A stretch of 61,691 nucleotides of DNA, taken from sequence record DRR723986_4096; one strand, written 5' to 3'. The stretch's first letter is position 1; every line of letters begins with the position of its first letter. Below, one piece after another: positions 53,949 to 61,691 of this stretch. The translations under genes and the position numbers were made by a program. Below the pieces are notes generated by a model. It was not told the DNA's origin, did no database searches, and worked only from the letters and a program-made list of their open reading frames with translations.

Positions 53949-55415
53949 ATGTTACTTGCAGGCATTATCATTCTTTTTGTCGTTGGCTATCTTGTCATAG
54001 CTCTCGAGCACCCACTGCACATTGATAAAGCGGCCACTGCGCTGTTCATTGGTGCTGGCTGCTGGGCGCTCTACATCCTTGGCTTGGACACTTTGCTGCC
54101 TCCGGAGCGAGTTGCTGAGCTGGCTCCCGATTTTGTCTCCCACCACTCAGGCCTGTCCGGGCACAAGCTATCGCTCGAATATGCATTACACGGTCAATTC
54201 TTGGAGTTGATCGGTGAGATTGCCTACATCCTCTTCTTCCTGATGGGGGCGATGACGATCGTTGAGTTGGTCGACGCCTACGAAGGGTTTTCGATCATCA
54301 CGGATCGGATCAAGACACTAAACAAGGTTAAGCTCCTGTGGACGGTCTGTATTCTCACGTTCTTCTTGTCCGCTGTCCTCGATAACTTGACCACAACGAT
54401 CGTGATGGTCTCGTTGATGAAGAAGCTCATCAAGGAGAAAGAAACTCGACTGTTCTTCTGCGGCATGATTGTCGTTTCAGCCAACGCCGGTGGTGCTTGG
54501 ACTGTAATCGGTGACGTGACCACAACCATGCTGTGGATTGGTGGTAAGATCACAACCGTTGAAGTGATGAAGTCGCTGATCGTGCCAAGTATCTTCTGCA
54601 TGGTCATTCCGTTGACGATTGTTTCATTCATCTATCGAGGCAACGTTGAACGCCCTGATATCGATCCGAACGAATTCCACAACAAAACGCTCAAGCCCTG
54701 GCACTCGATGCTCTTCTTGACGCTTGGTTTCTGTGGTTTGATTTTTGTTCCAATCTTCAAGTCGGTTACTCACCTGCCTCCCTTCATGGGGATGATGTTC
54801 AGCCTGAGTGTGATTTGGATTATCTCTGAATTTGTCAAGCACGATCTCGACGAAGAGACTCGTTCGAGCACCAATGTTGTTGGCGTCCTCAAGAAGATTG
54901 ATACCGCTAGTATCCTGTTCTTCCTGGGAATTCTCCTTGCCGTAGGAACTCTCCAGTCCAGTGGCGTACTCCGAACAGTTGCCGCTTGGCTCGAGACGAA
55001 TGTGCCGAACATGCAACTAGTTGCACTTGTGATCGGTCTGCTATCCGCGATCGTCGATAACGTTCCGCTTGTCGCCGCTGGCATCGGCATGTACGACTTC
55101 CCAACCGACAGTACTTTCTGGCTGTTCTTGGCCTACTGTGCAGGAACCGGTGGAAGTTGCTTGATCATCGGCTCGGCCGCTGGCGTTGCCGCGATGGGCA
55201 TCGAGAAGATCGACTTCATTTGGTACATCAAACGAGTCGCCTTGTGGGCTTTGATCGGCTACTTGGGTGGAGCTGCGGTATTCGTCATTCAAGAGACTTT
55301 TGTCCTTCCGCATGACAATCCTGCATCCGTCACGACCGACGACGGCGGCCATGGTGGTGACGGCCATAGTGGAGACCACTCCACAGAAGGCGATGCGGCC
55401 GAAGCAGCTCACTAG
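53949..55415 (+). CDS. nhaD: Na+/H+ antiporter NhaD family
   Basis: 'IALEH..HIDKAATAL', 'FLMGAMTIVE', 'FFLSAVLDNLTT', 'ANAGGAWTVIGDVTTTMLW', 'SAIVDNVP', 'AGTGGSCLIIGSAAGV'. Confidence 0.95.
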   Translation: MLLAGIIILFVVGYLVIALEHPLHIDKAATALFIGAGCWALYILGLDTLLPPERVAELAPDFVSHHSGLSGHKLSLEYALHGQFLELIGEIAYILFFLMGAMTIVELVDAYEGFSIITDRIKTLNKVKLLWTVCILTFFLSAVLDNLTTTIVMVSLMKKLIKEKETRLFFCGMIVVSANAGGAWTVIGDVTTTMLWIGGKITTVEVMKSLIVPSIFCMVIPLTIVSFIYRGNVERPDIDPNEFHNKTLKPWHSMLFLTLGFCGLIFVPIFKSVTHLPPFMGMMFSLSVIWIISEFVKHDLDEETRSSTNVVGVLKKIDTASILFFLGILLAVGTLQSSGVLRTVAAWLETNVPNMQLVALVIGLLSAIVDNVPLVAAGIGMYDFPTDSTFWLFLAYCAGTGGSCLIIGSAAGVAAMGIEKIDFIWYIKRVALWALIGYLGGAAVFVIQETFVLPHDNPASVTTDDGGHGGDGHSGDHSTEGDAAEAAH

Positions 55416-55446
55416 CGGTGCTGAATTCAGGACCTTAAGAAACGCG

Positions 55447-55475
55447 AAAAGGCAACGGGAAACCGTTGCCTTTTT
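55447..55475. terminator. Bidirectional rho-independent terminator
   Basis: aaaaggcaacgg-gaaa-ccgttgcctttt(t) between convergent nhaD and tricorn genes. Confidence 0.9.
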
Positions 55476-55513
55476 CTGTTCTGCGCTTCAATCAACTCGT
55501 ACGAGGCTGCCCG

Positions 55514-58500
55514 TTATCGATCGGCCGCCGGGATCCCCATACGTTTCCTGTCTGGATAAGCTGGGCGCTTAGGTGGTTGGTATCCGCCTGACTCAAGTTC
55601 TTCCAGCATGTGTTCGATGGCTGCATCCAGTTGAGGATCGCCACCGTCAACCATCAAACTTGGGTCGTCGACGACTTCGATATCCGGATCAACACCATGG
55701 CCTTCGATGCCCCAGGTGCCATCTTTCTCGTAGTAGGCGAACGACGGCATGGATACACTGGCGCCATCGATGAGTGTCGGTCCACCGCTGATTCCGACGA
55801 GACCACCCCAGGTGCGTCGACCGATCAGCTTGCCGAGCTTCTTCTGTCGGAACAGAGATGGGAACATGTCGCCGCCGCTGCCGGACATGCCGTTGATCAG
55901 CATGCACTTTGGCCCTTGGTGGGAATCTGGTGGCCAGTGCCAGTCGCGACCGTCCCTCCGCGCCCAGTAGTTGGTTGTCGGCCGGTTGAGCAATTCGATG
56001 AATCGCGTCGGGATTTGCCCGCCGCCATTCCACCGTTCGTCAATGATCAGGGCTTCTTTACCAGCTTGGGCGTAGAATTGTCTAAACAAGTCGTCCTGTC
56101 CAGGCTGTCCGGTGTTGGTCACAAAGATGTAACCCACTTTGCCCTTCGTCTTCTCATCGACGTAAGCCCGATTATGTTCGATCCAGTGTCGGAAACGTAA
56201 GTTGGCGTCACTGCTTGGCAGGCGAACGGCGATGTGCTCGTCATCGCCAAGTTCGACGTCATCGCTCAAGGTGAGTTCGATGAGCTTGCCGTTGAGTCCT
56301 TGGAGAACAGCGAATGGGTTCACCGAAGTGTCAATTTCCATTCCCTCGATTTCAAGAATGAATTGCCCCTCTGAGGCACCGGCAACTCGAAGCGGGCTTT
56401 GAGCGTCCGTGTCCCATGGGCCACCTTCGTAGAAGTCAGCAATCTGGAAACGGCCGTCGACCACCGCGAGCCTTGCACCCAAAACGGCCGAGGAGCCGCG
56501 TGGGGTGTTTGGATCTGTTGGCAGGCCGCGGTAGTATGCGTGTCCAACGTTCAATTCGGCAATCATCTCAGAGATGATGAAGCCAACGTCGGCCCGACTG
56601 GTCGCCTGTGGCAGGAGTTTTGCATATTGCTCGCGGACGTTCTTCCAGTCAACGCCGTGCATCGTCGGATCGTAGAAGAAATCTCGCTCCAACCGCCACG
56701 CGTCCACGAAGATCTGCTCCCATTCCTCTCGAGGTTCGATGCGAGTCTTCATGCCTGAGGTGCTGACGCCTTTGCCAGATCCCTTGCCCGCCGACGGCTC
56801 CGAGATCGAGATTGACGAACCGCGAACGATGAGCAGCTTTTTGCCGTCAGCCGATAGTTCGAAAGCTGCTCCCCCAGACGCAATTGTCTGCTCTTTCACC
56901 GAGTCCGCGAACAGGTTGACTACGACAATTCCCGCGCCGCTGCGACGGTAAACGAGGTGATTCTTCGCACTCACGACCAGTGAAGAGAAATTGCCGGGGC
57001 TGACTGGAATAGGAATGACCCGACGATCTGCATCTTCGAAATCAATCTCAACATTCTTGGCTTTTGCAGGCTTCTTTTTGCTGTCGCCGCCGCCTGCGTC
57101 ATCATCGTCCGATTCACCGTCGCCAGGCTCGTCGCCACCTTCGCGAGTTGCGGTAAAGTCTGCTGTTAGACCGACGGCGGTGATTACGGCTTTCCCTGTC
57201 ATCGAATCGCCGCTAACGGTCGCGGTCAACTGAACCGTTCCCATTGGTGACTCAACGACGCAGCTAAATTCACCGGTGGCCTTGTCGAACTTGCCGTCTT
57301 GAATTGGCACCTGCCCATCTGCCGCAACGAGTTCGCCAGTGACGGTCGATCCATCGCTTTGCAAGATCAGTGTCACATTTCGAGCTTCCTCAGGAATGAC
57401 TGACGATTCAACCGTAAGTGCCCAAGTGCCCGCGATGGATCCACTTCCAGATGTCGATTCTTTATCGTTTGAGTCGTCTGCTTCATCTTCCGAGCCTTCT
57501 TCCGAATTCCCGTCGTCGGAGTCTTCTTCAGAGTCGCTGTCAGAAGCATCTTCCTCGTTTGCATCATCTTTGGACTTGTCTTCAGAATCTTCGTCGCCAG
57601 ATTCGTCATCATCCCACTCAACAACGTCGATCTCATCCAGCGTCGGATTCTCTACATCCTTGCGCAGTGGAAGTGCCAGCAGAACGCCGGTCTTTGAATA
57701 AACGAACGTGTTGCGATTGTCGTCATAGGTCGCGCCGGAGTACCTCCGGTTGGATTGGAAGTAAAGAAAGTCTCCCTTGCGATCAAACGCTGGGTGCGAG
57801 TCATTGAAATAGCCAGCGGTGAGTTGCTTTGATTCTTTGTCTTCGACGTTGTAGACCCAAATCGCACTGTTGCCATAACGAGCGTCGGGAGCCTTTGAGT
57901 AGGCGATCCACCGCGAGTCGTGCGACCAGTTCAATGATTGTGCGTCGCCCGAGGGATCTCGATCGATCTGGACCGTTTCGCCGGATTCGATGTCATGCAG
58001 GAAATACGCAGCCGCTTTATCGCTGAACGCGATCATCTTCGAATCTGGGGACCAGACCGGCGAGTACCGCCAGTGCGCACCGTCACTTGTCAGACGCTTT
58101 GTTTCGCCGCGTCCATCGCTCTGCTGAATAGTGAGTTCATATTCACCAGTTGCATCGGAGAAGTACGCAATCCAACGCCCATCGGGACTCCACGAAGGGT
58201 ATCGTTCGGCTACGCCCGATGTTCGAGTCAAATTCCGAGGGGCTCCCTTCGTTGCTGGTAGGCTCCAAATGTCACCACGAGCTTCCACCGCGACTCGCTT
58301 GCCGCTGGGCGAGATCGACGCACCGTTTATGTTGTCGCTGGCATCGACCATTTGCGGCCGCAAGCGAGGCTTGTCGCCTGGAACAGTGATCTCTACCACC
58401 TGGCTTTCACCGCTGGCTAAGTTCAACAAGCGAATGTCGCTGCCCAACTGAAAAACGATCTCTCCATCACCATCGCCGTCGGGGCCAATCGCAGGCCACT

Positions 58501-59299
58501 TCACGTCGTAGTCTGAAAACTTGGTGATTTGTTCACGTGTCTTGGTATTGGTGTCGTACTTCCACAGGTTCAGCCGATGGCTCTCTCCAGCGTCGGACAG
58601 GTAGTAGACCGATTCGCCGTGCCACATTGGCAACGAATCGGTTCCTTCCCAGTCGGTAATTTTGAGGCTCCGGTGCGTTTCTAAGTTCATTAACCAAATG
58701 TCAGAGGCCATGCCACCGCGATAACGCTTCCACGTTCGAGTGTCACGGCTGTAGGGCGTGTAGGCCAACCACTTACCGTCAGAGCTGATCGCACCGTTGG
58801 TCCCGTACGGAACCGATAGCTGCTGGGGGTAAGGTTTCTCGTCGGAGATCTCGAACAACTGTGGCATGCGTCCGAGTCCAGCAAAACCGCTGGTCGAGTA
58901 CAGCAGGCTGCCGTCAGGCGTCCAATCGCACAGTTGCTCAGATGATGGATGGTACGTCATCCGCTTTGCAATGCCGCCATCGGTCGACTGGACGTACAGA
59001 TCCGTTCCACCACCATAGTTGCCAACAAAAGCAACGCTGCGGCCGTCACTGCTGAAACGTGGTGTTGTTTCGCCGCCAACTGGACTTGCCAGTGGCAGCG
59101 CGGTACCACCTTGCTTAGGTACGATCCAGATATCGCCGGCGTAGACGAACACGATGTGAGTGTCGCTGACATCCGGGTAACGCATCATCCCAGAGTTGGG
59201 GTCAGCAAGAACGTCCCCCACTGGTGAAAACAGCAGAAGTGCGAGTAAGCCAAAGGCAAGTTTCTTCACGATGAAAGCATCCAGATTTCTTGAACTCAT
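55514..59299 (-). CDS. Tricorn protease homolog (S41 family), exported
   Basis: 'MMRYPDVSDTHIVFVYAGDIW', 'TWKRYRGGMA', 'ELNVGHAY', 'IIDERWNGGG', 'SGSGGD', 'IGRRTWGG', 'EGHGVDPDIEV'. Start is ATG 59299 or a GTG a few codons downstream. Confidence 0.95.
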   Translation of the reverse strand: MSSRNLDAFIVKKLAFGLLALLLFSPVGDVLADPNSGMMRYPDVSDTHIVFVYAGDIWIVPKQGGTALPLASPVGGETTPRFSSDGRSVAFVGNYGGGTDLYVQSTDGGIAKRMTYHPSSEQLCDWTPDGSLLYSTSGFAGLGRMPQLFEISDEKPYPQQLSVPYGTNGAISSDGKWLAYTPYSRDTRTWKRYRGGMASDIWLMNLETHRSLKITDWEGTDSLPMWHGESVYYLSDAGESHRLNLWKYDTNTKTREQITKFSDYDVKWPAIGPDGDGDGEIVFQLGSDIRLLNLASGESQVVEITVPGDKPRLRPQMVDASDNINGASISPSGKRVAVEARGDIWSLPATKGAPRNLTRTSGVAERYPSWSPDGRWIAYFSDATGEYELTIQQSDGRGETKRLTSDGAHWRYSPVWSPDSKMIAFSDKAAAYFLHDIESGETVQIDRDPSGDAQSLNWSHDSRWIAYSKAPDARYGNSAIWVYNVEDKESKQLTAGYFNDSHPAFDRKGDFLYFQSNRRYSGATYDDNRNTFVYSKTGVLLALPLRKDVENPTLDEIDVVEWDDDESGDEDSEDKSKDDANEEDASDSDSEEDSDDGNSEEGSEDEADDSNDKESTSGSGSIAGTWALTVESSVIPEEARNVTLILQSDGSTVTGELVAADGQVPIQDGKFDKATGEFSCVVESPMGTVQLTATVSGDSMTGKAVITAVGLTADFTATREGGDEPGDGESDDDDAGGGDSKKKPAKAKNVEIDFEDADRRVIPIPVSPGNFSSLVVSAKNHLVYRRSGAGIVVVNLFADSVKEQTIASGGAAFELSADGKKLLIVRGSSISISEPSAGKGSGKGVSTSGMKTRIEPREEWEQIFVDAWRLERDFFYDPTMHGVDWKNVREQYAKLLPQATSRADVGFIISEMIAELNVGHAYYRGLPTDPNTPRGSSAVLGARLAVVDGRFQIADFYEGGPWDTDAQSPLRVAGASEGQFILEIEGMEIDTSVNPFAVLQGLNGKLIELTLSDDVELGDDEHIAVRLPSSDANLRFRHWIEHNRAYVDEKTKGKVGYIFVTNTGQPGQDDLFRQFYAQAGKEALIIDERWNGGGQIPTRFIELLNRPTTNYWARRDGRDWHWPPDSHQGPKCMLINGMSGSGGDMFPSLFRQKKLGKLIGRRTWGGLVGISGGPTLIDGASVSMPSFAYYEKDGTWGIEGHGVDPDIEVVDDPSLMVDGGDPQLDAAIEHMLEELESGGYQPPKRPAYPDRKRMGIPAADR

Positions 59300-59419
59300 T
59301 GCAAAGTCAGTTTGCTCCAGCCAGACCGCCGAAACGTCCCGGGTGGAGTAAAGCTGCAATTGTAGTCCAAGCTCTTCTGGCGCGCCGGCCAATCGCCTCG
59401 GCTAGCGGTGTTTGTCTGA

Positions 59420-60874
59420 TCACCGCCCCTTCTTGGGGGATTTGTTCGCCTTTCGAATTAAGCGTTTTCGCTCCGCGGACTCAGCCTTTTCGTTGAATAG
59501 CGGATTGGCTGCCGAGGGCACGGGAGCTGAAGTCGACCCACGCCACTGCGAGAGCTCTTGTTGCAGCGCGGCGAGGATCTCGGGCTGGCTGTCAGCTAGA
59601 TTCTTGCTTTCGCCGACATCAACCGACAGATCGTACAGCTCCAGCGACGAGTCTTCGAAGTACTCGTGCAGTTTCCATTTGCCCTTTCGCATGATGCTAC
59701 ATGGCCGCGTGCGGAATATCGGGTCGCGTTGTTGGTCAACTCGCGAGTAGCCTTGAAGGTAGGCAGGAAAGTGCCAGTAGAGGCTGCGCTGTTGGAAGTC
59801 TTCGTCATTGCCGTCGATCAACGGTGTCAGCGATTTGCCATCCAGGTCCTGCGCCGGAAGTTCCGCGCCGGTAATTTCGCAAAGCGTCGGATACAAATCA
59901 ACGTTGATGACCGGGGCACTCGTCTTGCTGCCCGGCTCGGTGCGTCCAGGCCAACGAATGAACATCGGTACGCGAATGCCGCCTTCGTAGTACGTTCCTT
60001 TGTAACCCTTCAGCGGTGCCATGCTAGTTGCTGGACCATACCCACCATTGTCGGACGTGAAAATGATGACGGTGTTTTCGTACTCCCCGAGAGCCTTAAG
60101 TTCATCGACAATCTGCGCGACGCCCGTATCGACACTCTCGATCATTGCCGCCATCGTCGCGTTGCTGTGCAGATCACCACGTTGCCGCTGAGCATTCTTT
60201 TCGATGAGGTCCTTGGGTGCTTGCAGTGGAGTGTGAACAGCGAAGTGCGTCAGGTACAGCAGCCAAGGGCGATCGCGATTGCGCCGCATGAAACCGATGG
60301 CTTCTTCCGACAACCTGTCCGTCAGGTATTCGTCCTTCGAGGCGTCATCTAGTCCAGGGGCACCAGGATGTGGCGGGAAGTAGCCTCGGGGCGGGCTGCC
60401 CGAATGGGAACCGGCGAAGTTAAAGTCGAAGCCGTACGGCAAAGGGTCCTTACTAAGGTGCCACTTTCCAATGGTTCCCGTTTGATAGCCCGCTGCTTGA
60501 GCCTGATGGGCCCAGGTGCTAATGTCTGTTCTTAACGTGTCAGTGCCCGCGACGTGCTTCAAGCGACTGAACTTTGGATTGCCTCGCAGTCCGGTGCCGA
60601 CATTGTAGATTTCATGCCGAGGTGAATACTGGCCGGATAGCAAACAAGCTCGCGATGGTGCGCAGTTTGCCGCCGCGGCATAGGCATCTGTAAAGATGAG
60701 TCCCTCTGCCGCAAGCGCATCGAGAGCGGGAGTCTGGAAGTAGTCACTCCCCATGTAACTGCAGTCTCGCCAGCCGAAATCGTCGAGGAAAATGAATAGG
60801 ACATTTGGCTTTTCGGCGGCGTGCGTGGCAGTGCAGGCAAGCATCAGGCATGCCAAAACGAGCGAGCGAGTCAT
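59420..60874 (-). CDS. Formylglycine-dependent sulfatase (S1)
   Basis: 'PNVLFIFLDDFG', 'CAPSRACLLSG', 'GKWHL', 'HFAVHTP', 'FTSDNGG', 'KGTYYEGGIRVP'. Confidence 0.97.
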   Translation of the reverse strand: MTRSLVLACLMLACTATHAAEKPNVLFIFLDDFGWRDCSYMGSDYFQTPALDALAAEGLIFTDAYAAAANCAPSRACLLSGQYSPRHEIYNVGTGLRGNPKFSRLKHVAGTDTLRTDISTWAHQAQAAGYQTGTIGKWHLSKDPLPYGFDFNFAGSHSGSPPRGYFPPHPGAPGLDDASKDEYLTDRLSEEAIGFMRRNRDRPWLLYLTHFAVHTPLQAPKDLIEKNAQRQRGDLHSNATMAAMIESVDTGVAQIVDELKALGEYENTVIIFTSDNGGYGPATSMAPLKGYKGTYYEGGIRVPMFIRWPGRTEPGSKTSAPVINVDLYPTLCEITGAELPAQDLDGKSLTPLIDGNDEDFQQRSLYWHFPAYLQGYSRVDQQRDPIFRTRPCSIMRKGKWKLHEYFEDSSLELYDLSVDVGESKNLADSQPEILAALQQELSQWRGSTSAPVPSAANPLFNEKAESAERKRLIRKANKSPKKGR

Positions 60875-61075
60875 CTACGGAGTGTCCTTGCGTTTGCCAT
60901 CAAGCAGAATTGGGAGCAGTGCAATAGTCGTTTATCAGCGTTGGCCGCCGGTGATAGCCCTGGCGGCCAACGAGTATTGTACTGTCGCTTGTGGCATGAT
61001 GCGCTGCGGACTGCGGTCGAATGCTCAGCATGTAGCCGGAATGGACGCCCCGCCTATCCTTCGGGAGTCGGCTGG

Positions 61076-61691
61076 CTAAGGCTGTAGCAGCCCTTGTGCT
61101 TCGAGGACAATCCTCCCAAGTTTGACATCCACGACACGTTGCTTGGCCGCTTTGCGTTTAGCAACTTCGTCACGCAGTCGTTTAATGCGGCTTTCGATAC
61201 CTGCAATTTCGAACTCTTGCCGAGCGATCTGCGTGTCGTACTCTTCACCCAGGATCTGCCCTAGCAGCTCTTCACTACCCGCTGGAGGAGTTTGCCCCGC
61301 GTCGCTGATGAGAGCAATTGCAGAGTCTTTCCAGACTGTTTGGCGGATCATTCTACCGACCAAGGCCAGCTCTTCTGTCTGCGTCTTACTGCCGCCTGAG
61401 AGTCGCTTGCGAATCGCTGTTTCGAATTGTTCGTAAAGAGGTAGCTTTGATGAAGTTCTCTTATCGTAGTTGCGCCGGTCCTCTTTCGATGCCCGGATGG
61501 CTAAGTGGATTTGTTCTCTAGAAGCTTTTTTTTGTTCTGAGGAGCCACCGCCATCTTGCTTTTCAGCATTGCTGTCCGCGTTGCCCACGAATGCGTAGAT
61601 CAACAGCGTCTTCGATGCTTTTCGACCTCCCGGAGCTCCGCCGTAGCCTCCGTCCATGTCACCACCGTATCCTCCACCGCCCATGCCCATG
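61076..61691 (-). CDS. Hypothetical protein, 5'-truncated by window edge; Gly-rich linker and C-terminal coiled coil
   Basis: Frame open from the right edge; 'LLGQILGEEYDTQIARQEFEIAGIESRIKRLRDEV'. Confidence 0.75.
   Translation of the reverse strand, partial: MGMGGGGYGGDMDGGYGGAPGGRKASKTLLIYAFVGNADSNAEKQDGGGSSEQKKASREQIHLAIRASKEDRRNYDKRTSSKLPLYEQFETAIRKRLSGGSKTQTEELALVGRMIRQTVWKDSAIALISDAGQTPPAGSEELLGQILGEEYDTQIARQEFEIAGIESRIKRLRDEVAKRKAAKQRVVDVKLGRIVLEAQGLLQP

Overview
A 61.7 kb stretch of moderately GC-rich bacterial chromosome. The gene families (SHD1 protein, secretin-N-only protein, WD40 with the 'GDxLPxxAxxRLGTxRF' lead-in, PEP-CTERM matrixin, sulfatase, GTAG-type REP pairs) point to a planctomycete, probably Pirellulaceae; this is an inference. 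About 45 CDS can be supported. They include housekeeping genes (infA, nusB, scpB, RlmM-like methyltransferase), an RND pump pair, aqpZ, nhaD, HtrA, tricorn, M50 and M10 proteases, a sulfatase, and a complete chemosensory cluster (cheA-cheW-mcp-ybaN-cheY-cheB-cheR-cheX). No tRNA, rRNA, CRISPR array, transposase or prophage gene was seen. The main items of interest are: (1) a secreted protein built from 26 exact xGxGxGxNGG decapeptides, paired with a secreted TPR protein; (2) a soluble three-PAS chemoreceptor with an Aer2-like heme PAS, a two-HPT CheA, and a YbaN gene inside the che cluster; (3) a secretin N-domain-only protein next to an EF-hand/P-domain protein; (4) an unannotated 39-codon ORF behind a sigma54-type promoter; (5) a candidate nhaA-type cation riboswitch upstream of nhaD; (6) a frameshifted methyltransferase. 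All calls are by eye from motifs; no database searches were run.
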